Shown piece by piece: positions 8,266-15,474 of a DNA stretch of 36,774 bases. Below the pieces are notes generated by a model. That model saw only the letters and a list, made by a program, of their open reading frames with translations, was not told the DNA's origin and made no database searches. Position 1 is the stretch's first letter; each line of letters begins with the position of its first letter. Source of the DNA: a virus (lineage: Duplodnaviria; Heunggongvirae; Uroviricota; Caudoviricetes); the IMG/VR virus record IMGVR_UViG_2778261162_000005. One strand, 5' to 3'. The position numbers and the translations under genes are program-made.

Positions 8266-10035
8266 TTAGTTGCCGTTAACAATGCTGATAACGCTGCTGC
8301 GGGCCGGCGTGGTCAGCGTGGCCATGACTTCATCCAGTGCAGCTTCCGGTACGCCGTCCGGGTACTGTGCCGTTAACTGGCGGTAATGTTCCGGCGTCCA
8401 GGTAAGGCCGTTGGCGCTGAACTTCCCGCGCAGGGCTTTCGCGGCCTCCACATGAGTCATGGGACGCTGTTCAGTGCGCGGTCCGCGTACGTCAGAGGCC
8501 TGACCTCGCTTCGGCATATAGGCCGGAAGTGTGGCGTCATCAATATGTTTATACGGGTCAAGCCGCCCGCCGAACGGCAGCGCCTTCGCCTTGCGTGCGG
8601 CAGCTGCATCTGCGGCGTTGTCTGTACCGGTGACCAGCGCTTCGGTTTCTTTTGCCGCCGTCTGTGCCGGTGTTTCCGGCAGGGCTTTGTAACTTTCGCC
8701 AAATACCGCCGCGCCTTCAGCAAAGCCAAACTCGTTCTTTCTGACCTCTTCGACCAGGAAGAACGTCTCGTGGCCGTCCTCACCGGTCAGAACCACCTGT
8801 GCCACATCGCTGCGCCACGGGTTACGGGTAATCATCAGTTTTTCACCGACCAGTACGCCCGGTACCGTTGATACGTCAAATTCAGTGCCCCGGAACGAGA
8901 CACGAAGTTTTGGCGTGACTTTGCGGAGTTCTGGTGCCGCCACAGCCAGTTCACGGCATACCTCAACGGAAGGCGCTTTTTTCAGCTGCTCAGCAGTAAT
9001 CTTCAGCCAGATATCCGTGCGGGTTTTACCGTGGCGGCTGTGAACAGCCGTGGCGTTAAAGTGGCTGCGCCATTTCGCGGCCAGCGCGTTGAGTTCTTCC
9101 AGACTGTGAACCGGCCGGAACTTCAGACCCGGCTCCAGCTTGCGTTCGATAATGTCACGCGCCTTTTCCACCTGTCCGGTGGCGCGGGCGTTATGCGGCT
9201 TGTGCGCTATCAGGTCGATGCCCAGTGAGCGACACATGTTTTTCGTCATACCCGCGGTGTTTGCCGAGCCGGGGTCGAGATAGAGTATTTTCGGCACGCC
9301 GTGCAGCACGTCTGCGCCGCCACGCTCCTGCATGGCGTTGATAAGCACAGAACACAGGTTCTCACCGGATTCCGCCCCCGTCACATACTCAACGTAAATC
9401 CAGCCGCTGGCATGGTCGGTAATCTCGTAACTCCACACGCGGTCACTGGCGATACGGGCAAGGTTAGCGGGCTTGTTCTTGTAGAACTTCGCGCTGTCCA
9501 TCACCTGCAGCCCTTTATGTCCATTGCTCAGGTAGTAAAGCGTGCAGAGTGAGGCGTCAATCTGCCAGACATGATTGGGATGCAGACTGGCCACTTCGGT
9601 ATGTGGTGCAGGGGCATCCAGTTGTTCCGGGTGCAGGCCATAGTTACGCAGGGCACGGCTGATGGCATCTTCAGACAACGGGAAAAACTCACCGGTGGTT
9701 TCATCTGTTCTGCCTGCGGTGATAAAGCCGTTAGCCCGCAGGGTTTCCACTGCATCTGCGATGGAATAGAGACGCTTACCGTTCTTGCGGGTGGCCTCAC
9801 GCAGTGTGGCAGATATCAGCGCGGCTTCGTCGCGGGTCAGGGCGCTGCGCCCGGCATCGGCGCGTTTTTTGCGTTTATCAGTCACAGAGACCTCCTTCAG
9901 CCTGCGCAGCAGAGTGGCGCGGGACATGCCAAGTTCAGCACAGGCAGCGTCGTATACTGCACCGCGTTTACCATGCCCCGCGTCACGTGCCGCGCGGGCG
10001 ACATAAACCAGTCGTTCAGTCAGGGCAGCATTCAT
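8266..10035 (-). CDS. DDE transposase (Mu A-like, rve integrase core)
   Basis: 589 aa; N-terminal HTH region; catalytic-core candidates HVWQIDAS, YLDPGSANT and GQVEKA (D, D, E); GGAGG upstream of ATG 10035. Confidence 0.8.
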   Translation of the reverse strand: MNAALTERLVYVARAARDAGHGKRGAVYDAACAELGMSRATLLRRLKEVSVTDKRKKRADAGRSALTRDEAALISATLREATRKNGKRLYSIADAVETLRANGFITAGRTDETTGEFFPLSEDAISRALRNYGLHPEQLDAPAPHTEVASLHPNHVWQIDASLCTLYYLSNGHKGLQVMDSAKFYKNKPANLARIASDRVWSYEITDHASGWIYVEYVTGAESGENLCSVLINAMQERGGADVLHGVPKILYLDPGSANTAGMTKNMCRSLGIDLIAHKPHNARATGQVEKARDIIERKLEPGLKFRPVHSLEELNALAAKWRSHFNATAVHSRHGKTRTDIWLKITAEQLKKAPSVEVCRELAVAAPELRKVTPKLRVSFRGTEFDVSTVPGVLVGEKLMITRNPWRSDVAQVVLTGEDGHETFFLVEEVRKNEFGFAEGAAVFGESYKALPETPAQTAAKETEALVTGTDNAADAAAARKAKALPFGGRLDPYKHIDDATLPAYMPKRGQASDVRGPRTEQRPMTHVEAAKALRGKFSANGLTWTPEHYRQLTAQYPDGVPEAALDEVMATLTTPARSSVISIVNGN

Positions 10036-10038
10036 TGG

Positions 10039-10950
10039 TTATGCCTCCAGCCCGTTAATCTGTGGCGTCGGCTCAGTCAGCCATGAAGGCGCGACATCGC
10101 CTGTTGGCTCGTCCGGCAGGTCAAATGTGGAGCGCAGGCTACGCGCTGTGCTTTCCAGTTGACAGACCAGGCCTGCCATGAAGTCTCTGGGGGTATCAAT
10201 CATGTTTTCAGCACAATATGCGCACAGTGTCTCAAAAGCGCTGGACAGTCGAACGGCGATGGCAGATTCCGCCTCAACCGCTAATGCTGTCACTTCCGCC
10301 CGCAGCTTCTTAACCTCCTCATCAGGCTCAGGCGGCTGAATACGGGATTTCTTCTCCAGTCTGGTGGAGAGTGAGTCTATTTTTTCATTTTTGTCGGCGA
10401 GTACGCGCTGTTGTGCTGCGTTGGTTTCGCGCGCTTCGCGCAGGGCCTGACGCAATTCACGTACTGACATGCGATCAACATCGTCAAGCGTCAGTCCTGC
10501 GACTGTGCCGCCGTCGGCCAGTTCAGCAAGGTCGTCGTCATCTTCAGCAACAAGTTCAAATAATTTTGCCTTACCTAAAAGCGACAACGTTGTCGCTTTT
10601 GGCTCTAGTTTTGGTGAAAGGTATTTCAAAGATGCTTTCATCATTCGTTGTGCTGCGCGCACATGCAGACCAAGTTGTTCTTCTACAATTCCAACAAAGT
10701 CCCCGTGTGGTTCATTTTCTTTGAGAATAATAAGTCGTTTACCTGCTTCCAGCATGGCCTCAGCGCTCTGTGCCATATAAAACCGAGCCTCATGAACTAT
10801 GCGATCACGCTCATAGGGCTGACCATCGCCAAACTGCTGCATGATCTCCATGCGATGCTGTGTCATGGCGTTCAGACTGACATTGAGATCATCCGACAGC
10901 GGTACCTCGGCGTTCAGTTCAGTGTTAATCGGTGATTTGGTGCGTCCCAT
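10039..10950 (-). CDS. Hypothetical early protein (303 aa), acidic with coiled-coil-like middle
   Basis: AAGGAG upstream of ATG 10950; sits between the Ner-like gene and the transposase, a position empty in Mu. Confidence 0.5.
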   Translation of the reverse strand: MGRTKSPINTELNAEVPLSDDLNVSLNAMTQHRMEIMQQFGDGQPYERDRIVHEARFYMAQSAEAMLEAGKRLIILKENEPHGDFVGIVEEQLGLHVRAAQRMMKASLKYLSPKLEPKATTLSLLGKAKLFELVAEDDDDLAELADGGTVAGLTLDDVDRMSVRELRQALREARETNAAQQRVLADKNEKIDSLSTRLEKKSRIQPPEPDEEVKKLRAEVTALAVEAESAIAVRLSSAFETLCAYCAENMIDTPRDFMAGLVCQLESTARSLRSTFDLPDEPTGDVAPSWLTEPTPQINGLEA

Positions 10951-10960
10951 TTATTACTCC

Positions 10961-11269
10961 TTACAAACGACTACCTGAAATGACACGTTGGTTGATTTCG
11001 TTAATGCGATCCTGTGCACGTGCCATCTCGTTACTGTGGGCCATAGCGATCTGCAGTAACTGGATGCCCGGCGCGAAACGCCCGTTTTCCAGTTTCAGGG
11101 CCAACCCTTCTTCAATGAGGGTGTTGAGTGCCCGGTTGATGTTTGCCGGTGACTCGTGCAGTGCTGCCGCCAGTTCACCGTTGGAAATACCGTTCAGGGC
11201 ATGACCGCGCAGCGCTTTGAGTACCCGGAGGATGCGACTGCCGGAGCTTGAAACATTCGTCTTACTCAT
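10961..11269 (-). CDS. Winged-helix DNA-binding protein (IclR/MarR-like HTH)
   Basis: Start at ATG 11269 with AGAGG 8 nt upstream; ILRVLKALRGHALNGISNGELAAALHESPANINRALNTLIEEGLA resembles an IclR-type N-terminal HTH. Confidence 0.45.
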   Translation of the reverse strand: MSKTNVSSSGSRILRVLKALRGHALNGISNGELAAALHESPANINRALNTLIEEGLALKLENGRFAPGIQLLQIAMAHSNEMARAQDRINEINQRVISGSRL

Positions 11270-11321
11270 CTGCATACCTCTTTTGCGATATGTGATAACC
11301 TTTTACAAAGACTCAAAATCT

Positions 11322-11510
11322 TCAGGCTGCCTGAGCTGTTGATTTCAGCCCCAACTTCACGGCGATTTCATGGGATTTACCGTAACGGGCTTTGGTCTGC
11401 CCATTGAGAACGCGGTATACCTCATTGCGGTTGTAGCCGTTTTCTTCTGCCCAGCGGGTGAAAGTGATCCCGCGCTGGCGGAAGAGAGCTTTGACTTGTT
11501 CTGCAGTCAT
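11322..11510 (-). CDS. Ner/Cro-like small DNA-binding protein, first gene of the early operon
   Basis: 62 aa; AAGGAGA 6 nt upstream; divergent from the repressor gene, the position Ner occupies in Mu. Confidence 0.5.
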   Translation of the reverse strand: MTAEQVKALFRQRGITFTRWAEENGYNRNEVYRVLNGQTKARYGKSHEIAVKLGLKSTAQAA

Positions 11511-11610
11511 CGTTGTCTCCTTTGTTGATGCAATGATGTTTGCCTTATGTGTGATAGATTATGGTGCAGATTATCTCACCAGTCAACTTAAAGAGTGCAG
11601 AAAAACTCAC
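11511..11610. promoter_or_regulatory. Divergent early/repressor promoter-operator region
   Basis: 100-bp gap between divergent starts; contains direct repeats AGATTAT (x2) within TGATAGATTATGGTGCAGATTATCTCA. Confidence 0.45.
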
Positions 11611-11949
11611 ATGATCGGGTTACGTATTAAAGAAGAAAGAGAGCGTCTATCTCTTACACAGCAAGGGTTGGCTGATGCTATAGGTGTGGCAAAGAGAACT
11701 TTCATTGATTGGGAAAAAGATCGCACTTCTCCTACTGCAGTGCAGTTATCTGCACTATCAGAAATCGGTGTAGATATTTTGTATGTAGTTACTGGGGTGC
11801 GGAGTCAGCCTGTTGTTGCACCTTATGTGTCACAAGAAAAGAAAGAGTTAATGGATGCATTCGACGAAATGAGCCCCGAACAACGGAGGGCAATTCTTGA
11901 GGTCGGCAAAGTCTTCATTCAACCCAAACCAAGCAAACTCGCAGGCTGA
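11611..11949 (+). CDS. XRE-family HTH repressor (c-like)
   Basis: MIGLRIKEERERLSLTQQGLADAIGVAKRTFIDWEKDRTSP is a typical XRE HTH; divergent from the early operon. Confidence 0.6.
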   Translation: MIGLRIKEERERLSLTQQGLADAIGVAKRTFIDWEKDRTSPTAVQLSALSEIGVDILYVVTGVRSQPVVAPYVSQEKKELMDAFDEMSPEQRRAILEVGKVFIQPKPSKLAG

Positions 11950-12035
11950 TTTTGACCTGGACACAAAGGGCGCGTGGTTGATCTGGATGCTTTCAGAAAA
12001 CATCGCCAGTGACATAGTGGAAGTTGTTTGGTTTA

Positions 12036-12065
12036 CCGGAAAGCATTGTGCTTTCCGGTTTTGTT
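12036..12065 (+). terminator. Rho-independent terminator after the repressor gene
   Basis: CCGGAAAG-CATTGTG-CTTTCCGG followed by TTTTGTT, between convergent repressor and Dam genes. Confidence 0.55.
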
Positions 12066-12829
12066 CAGAAGTTGCAGATTACCAGTTCACGGCGTGGCGT
12101 GGGTTTCCCCGCCAGACTGTAGTTGATATTCACCGTCTGTATGTTCAGTTCAGTGAACACCCGACGCATCTGCGGAATGTCATTCACCGAGATAATCATC
12201 TTTCCTCTGATGCACCGTGCCAGTTCTGCGAGTAGTGTGTAGTTCTCTTCAGGAAAATCCACACCATAGCCTTCCGTCCCCAGATAGGGCGGATCACAGT
12301 AGAACAGCGTGTGCGGACGGTCATAACGCTTAATGCACTGGTGCCAGTCCATGTGTTCTATCACCGTTCTGGAAAGCCGCAGGTGTGCCGCTGACAGTTC
12401 TTCTTCAATCCGTAGCAGGTTGAAGCGTGGCGGGGAGGTGGTGGAGGTGCCGAAGCTGTGCTCTGCCACCTTGCCCCCAAACGCCTGCTTCTGGAGGTAG
12501 TAGAACCGTGCCGCACGCTGGATATCCGTCAGTGTTTCTTCCGGGGTGATCTGCAGCCATTTGTAGATCTGCCGGCTAACCAGCGCCCATTTGAATTGGC
12601 GGACAAATTCTTCCAGATGATGCTTTACTACCCGATACAGATTTACCAGTTCACCGTTGATATCGTTAATGACTTCGATCTTGCTGGGAGTCTTGAGAAA
12701 ATAAAGTGCTGCTGCGCCGCAGAATGGCTCCACATAGCAGGTATGGAGTGGGAACTGAGGCAGAATGTGTTTGGCCAGACGACGTTTTCCCCCAATCCAG
12801 GGGACGATGGGTAAAGATTGTTCTTTCAT
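12065..12829 (-). CDS. DNA N6-adenine methyltransferase, Dam-like (D12 class)
   Basis: Start at ATG 12829 (MKEQSLPIVPWIGGKRRL...); FCGAAAL AdoMet motif and DPPY catalytic motif. Confidence 0.8.
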   Translation of the reverse strand: MKEQSLPIVPWIGGKRRLAKHILPQFPLHTCYVEPFCGAAALYFLKTPSKIEVINDINGELVNLYRVVKHHLEEFVRQFKWALVSRQIYKWLQITPEETLTDIQRAARFYYLQKQAFGGKVAEHSFGTSTTSPPRFNLLRIEEELSAAHLRLSRTVIEHMDWHQCIKRYDRPHTLFYCDPPYLGTEGYGVDFPEENYTLLAELARCIRGKMIISVNDIPQMRRVFTELNIQTVNINYSLAGKPTPRRELVICNF

Positions 12830-12935
12830 TATCTGTAAGCCTTTTTCATTAGATGAAAATGCGATAGGCTTCCCTTGTTCTCGAGAACGGAAGAGCCTCG
12901 GTTGACTCACAGCTCATACCTGTAAGTTGATGACT
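12786..12935. repeat. Direct repeat copy 1 (Dam 5' end plus upstream region)
   Basis: Aligns by hand with 13419-13565; shared blocks CCAATCCA.GG.ACGATGGGTAA, TTTCAT.ATCTGTAA and CCTCGGT.G.CTCACAG..CAT.CCTGT. Confidence 0.6.
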
Positions 12936-12964
12936 CGCCTTGTGTTCGCTGCACAAGGTGAGTC
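12932..12964. promoter_or_regulatory. Imperfect palindrome upstream of P1 (hairpin or operator)
   Basis: GACTCGCCTTGTG-TTCGCTG-CACAAGGTGAGTC followed by GCTCTTTTC; GACTC/GAGTC motif occurs three times in 12903-12964. Confidence 0.4.
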
Positions 12965-13023
12965 GCTCTTTTCATGTTATTTGCATATTTCATGGGCGAC
13001 AATTAAAGGGAGTTACTAATACC

Positions 13024-13404
13024 ATGGCCCCAAAAAATATTGAGCGGTTTAATGAAATAGTTGGTGAGATATTTGGGAGACTCTACGAATCTTTCCCCGT
13101 CAAAATTGATATAAAGGCAGTTGATATCGTTAGACAGAATGAACTTACTTTTTTTCTTGATACCGTAGACTGGCTTAAAAACAGTGGCTATTTAATCGGG
13201 GCGCGTAGTTCTGGGGGGATCCACAACGCAGTGCTAACGGCTAAAGGTCTTGAGGTATTAAACGCTACGCCTGGAAGTCTGGAAAAACCGTTGGGGGCCA
13301 GAATATCTGACTCTATAAAAATTGAAGGGAAAGAAGCGTTGCGATCACTGGTTAGCCAGACTCTAGGAATAGGTCTGCAATATATGTCTCGTGGTCTTAT
13401 GTAA
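13024..13404 (+). CDS. Hypothetical protein P1 (126 aa), paralog of 13868-14272; unknown family
   Basis: ATG 13024 (MAPKNIERFNEIVGEIFGRL...); body visibly AT-rich; shares GxIFxRL, F(L/I)DTxxWL and VLTxKxLxxLNAxP motifs with P2. Confidence 0.6.
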   Translation: MAPKNIERFNEIVGEIFGRLYESFPVKIDIKAVDIVRQNELTFFLDTVDWLKNSGYLIGARSSGGIHNAVLTAKGLEVLNATPGSLEKPLGARISDSIKIEGKEALRSLVSQTLGIGLQYMSRGLM

Positions 13405-13464
13405 TATCGCAAGGCAGCGTTTGCCACCAATCCATGGAACGATGGGTAATGTCTGCGTTTTCAT
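13363..13464 (-). pseudogene. Truncated Dam 5' fragment (copy 2)
   Basis: Minus-strand ATG 13464: MKTQTLPIVPWIGGKR matches the Dam N-terminus, then the frame runs into the antisense of the P1 3' end and stops after 33 codons. Confidence 0.55.
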
Positions 13465-13565
13465 AATCTGTAAACATTTTACAATTATTAAAAATATGGC
13501 AGGCTAGTCTGGTCTCACGAGACTGACTGAACCTCGGTCGGCTCACAGTGCATTCCTGTGGGACG
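13419..13565. repeat. Direct repeat copy 2 (Dam 5' fragment plus upstream region)
   Basis: See copy 1; same orientation, immediately 3' of P1. Confidence 0.6.
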
Positions 13566-13609
13566 ATGGCCAGCCCGGCTTTCGGGTGCCGGGCTGGTCG
13601 TTCTTTCAT
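13562..13609 (-). pseudogene. Dam 5' fragment (copy 3) interrupted by a 28-bp palindrome
   Basis: Minus strand ATGAAAGAAC...CCATCGTCCC matches the Dam start, with CCAGCCCGG-CACCCGAAAG-CCGGGCTGG inserted between; on the plus strand the palindrome is followed by TCGTTCTTTC (terminator-like). Confidence 0.5.
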
Positions 13610-13653
13610 GATGCGGCAGGGATAGTGGGATTTCTGTTAATGCGGTTTAGGGA

Positions 13654-13869
13654 TTATCCGGGGTGATTTTCTGACCTTATCTGGTCCAGGGCGTAAGTGA
13701 GCCCTTCTGCAAAAACAGAAGTATCAAACTGCTTTTGTATTTCCTGAAAATGAACAGTGGCACGACAGATACTCAGTTCTCCGCGATGTAACCGGATAAT
13801 ATCTTCCAGAACATTGTTCACTGCTTCAGCACGGCGCTGATGTTCTGTTAACGTTAATCGGGGATTCAT
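13654..13869 (-). CDS. Hypothetical small protein (71 aa)
   Basis: ATG 13869 with AAGGAG 7 nt upstream; charged, helix-prone; its start overlaps the P2 start on the opposite strand. Confidence 0.35.
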   Translation of the reverse strand: MNPRLTLTEHQRRAEAVNNVLEDIIRLHRGELSICRATVHFQEIQKQFDTSVFAEGLTYALDQIRSENHPG

Positions 13870-14272
13870 GATGCACTCCTTAAATGATGATTTTTATGTA
13901 CTCACCGGCAAAATATTCTGCCGATTACTGAACACGCATCCGGTACCTCAGGTTTTGATTTATTCTGGTTTTTTCGATATCCCGGACCAGGTTGATCACG
14001 ACCAGAAAAAGTGCCGGTATTTTATTGATACGCTGATATGGCTTCGGGATAACAGCTATATTCGTTACTCTCAGTTGCTGGCTGTGGGAGCGGCTGATGT
14101 CGTCCTCACGGAAAAAACGCTCTGTCTGCTCAATGCCATGCCGACCTTTCTGCAGCCCCGGCCCGTGCCATTTAAAGAGTCGCTTCTGGATGCAGTAAAA
14201 ACCGGTGAAAATGCAGTCATCGCTGAATGCGTATCCCGGATTATGCGTTACGTGTTTAATGAACGTAAGTGA
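13868..14272 (+). CDS. Hypothetical protein P2 (134 aa), paralog of 13024-13404; unknown family
   Basis: N-termini of P1 and P2 align without gaps from the first Met (F9, G14, I16, F17), supporting this start. Confidence 0.55.
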   Translation: MMHSLNDDFYVLTGKIFCRLLNTHPVPQVLIYSGFFDIPDQVDHDQKKCRYFIDTLIWLRDNSYIRYSQLLAVGAADVVLTEKTLCLLNAMPTFLQPRPVPFKESLLDAVKTGENAVIAECVSRIMRYVFNERK

Positions 14273-14991
14273 GGTTTATCCGTTGTCTGCATAATCCCGA
14301 TAGCCAGTGCGAGGGGAAGCAATTCCGGGGAAACTTTTTCAAACAGCGATTCCCATTCTCCTCTCGCCATCACTCTGTCCAGCCCGCCCTCCAGCTGCAT
14401 TTCAGCAATCTTCCTGATTTCCCGGAACAACGCCGCTTTGATCTCTTCATGCTCAGCTTTATTTTCCGGTGTCAGAATGTATTCGTCGAAGAACCGGGGA
14501 GGCTGGTTAACGGGGATTGTGTTCACCGGGATGTGTTCCTGCTTCCCGTACTTCGGGGCCGAAAAACATTCTGTTGGCTGACCAGCGAGTTTACGTAACT
14601 CCTTCATGAGCAGCTCCTGATCGTAAACTGTCATCAGTGCCGCAATGGTGGCATGCAGTGCATCGGGCAGTATCCAGGGTTGCCGGCCCGTGGGGCATAT
14701 AACATCCAGCAGCTCATTCGTCCGACAGATACGCTCCTCGCCGTATGACAACAGGCCCTGTCCCGTGTATTCCTCCAGCCTGATCACTGTGCCAGCCCGT
14801 GGCTTCTGCCAGGTCGTCAGATCATCGCCACTCATACGGCGCTCATTCTCCACGTCAGCAGCATCGACAATGACGCTGTTTCCGAGTTCCTGTTTCACCA
14901 TCTCTTCTATCCGCGCCAGTACGTAACTTTTACCGCTGCCCACAGGACCGGACACAGTGACAGTGATGACCGGATTCAGTGTGTGCGTCAT
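14248..14991 (-). CDS. P-loop NTPase / kinase-like protein of unknown type
   Basis: 247 aa; Walker A GPVGSGKS at residues 15-22, Walker B-like VIVDAAD; C-terminal about 170 aa without recognisable motif. Confidence 0.6.
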   Translation of the reverse strand: MTHTLNPVITVTVSGPVGSGKSYVLARIEEMVKQELGNSVIVDAADVENERRMSGDDLTTWQKPRAGTVIRLEEYTGQGLLSYGEERICRTNELLDVICPTGRQPWILPDALHATIAALMTVYDQELLMKELRKLAGQPTECFSAPKYGKQEHIPVNTIPVNQPPRFFDEYILTPENKAEHEEIKAALFREIRKIAEMQLEGGLDRVMARGEWESLFEKVSPELLPLALAIGIMQTTDKPHLRSLNT

Positions 14992-15121
14992 ATCGTATTC
15001 TCCTCTGTGAATAATTCATCGTTTATCCTGCACACCCCGTATCCCCGGCTCTCTTAACGCGCTTTAAAATCCTTCGCGCCCTGTATTTGTGATGCTGTCT
15101 CCACCAGACAAGGAGACACAC

Positions 15122-15472
15122 ATGAAAAGCCTGAAAAAATTCATTCCCCCTGTTAAAAAACCTCGCCTCAGCGGCTGGCTGCTGACCTCAGTGCTGTTGC
15201 TGGGCACCATCGCTCTGGTCTCGCCACAGCAGTTGCCTGTTGTGATCTACAAGCTGGCACTCATCACGCTGGCAGCAGTGCTGGGTTACTGGCTTGACCG
15301 TTCGCTCTTCCCCAAAGCCCGTCCCGGTCAGTACCTGAAACATGACGACAGGCTGATGGCTGAAGGGCGTTTCCCTGTGCAGACCGGCCTTCACCTTGTG
15401 TTTGCTGCTGCGTTAATCCGCCGTGCACTGATTGTTGCAGCGATCTGTCTGGCTGTGGCAACAGGACTGTGA
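15122..15472 (+). CDS. Putative holin (3 predicted TM segments)
   Basis: 116 aa, GGAGA RBS; three hydrophobic helices; first gene of the lysis cassette. Confidence 0.5.
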   Translation: MKSLKKFIPPVKKPRLSGWLLTSVLLLGTIALVSPQQLPVVIYKLALITLAAVLGYWLDRSLFPKARPGQYLKHDDRLMAEGRFPVQTGLHLVFAAALIRRALIVAAICLAVATGL

Positions 15473-15474
15473 CC

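Noticed and set aside
8457-8783. Arg-rich 108-aa minus-strand ORF
   Set aside because: Lies wholly inside the transposase gene in another frame; low-complexity basic composition.
12830-12910. N-terminal extension of the Dam ORF (MSQPRLFRSREQGK...)
   Set aside because: The extension covers the repeated intergenic element; the Dam N-terminal codons MKEQSLPIVPWIGG are conserved in the two remnant copies starting at the same Met.
12940-13023. N-terminal extension of P1
   Set aside because: Runs through the palindrome/terminator-like element; P1 and P2 align from the Met at 13024.
12065-14991. Dam MTase plus neighbouring genes as a type II restriction-modification system
   Set aside because: No candidate endonuclease: the neighbours are two small paralogs of about 125 aa and a P-loop protein, and I saw no PD-(D/E)xK or HNH motif. 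An orphan phage Dam is the simpler reading.
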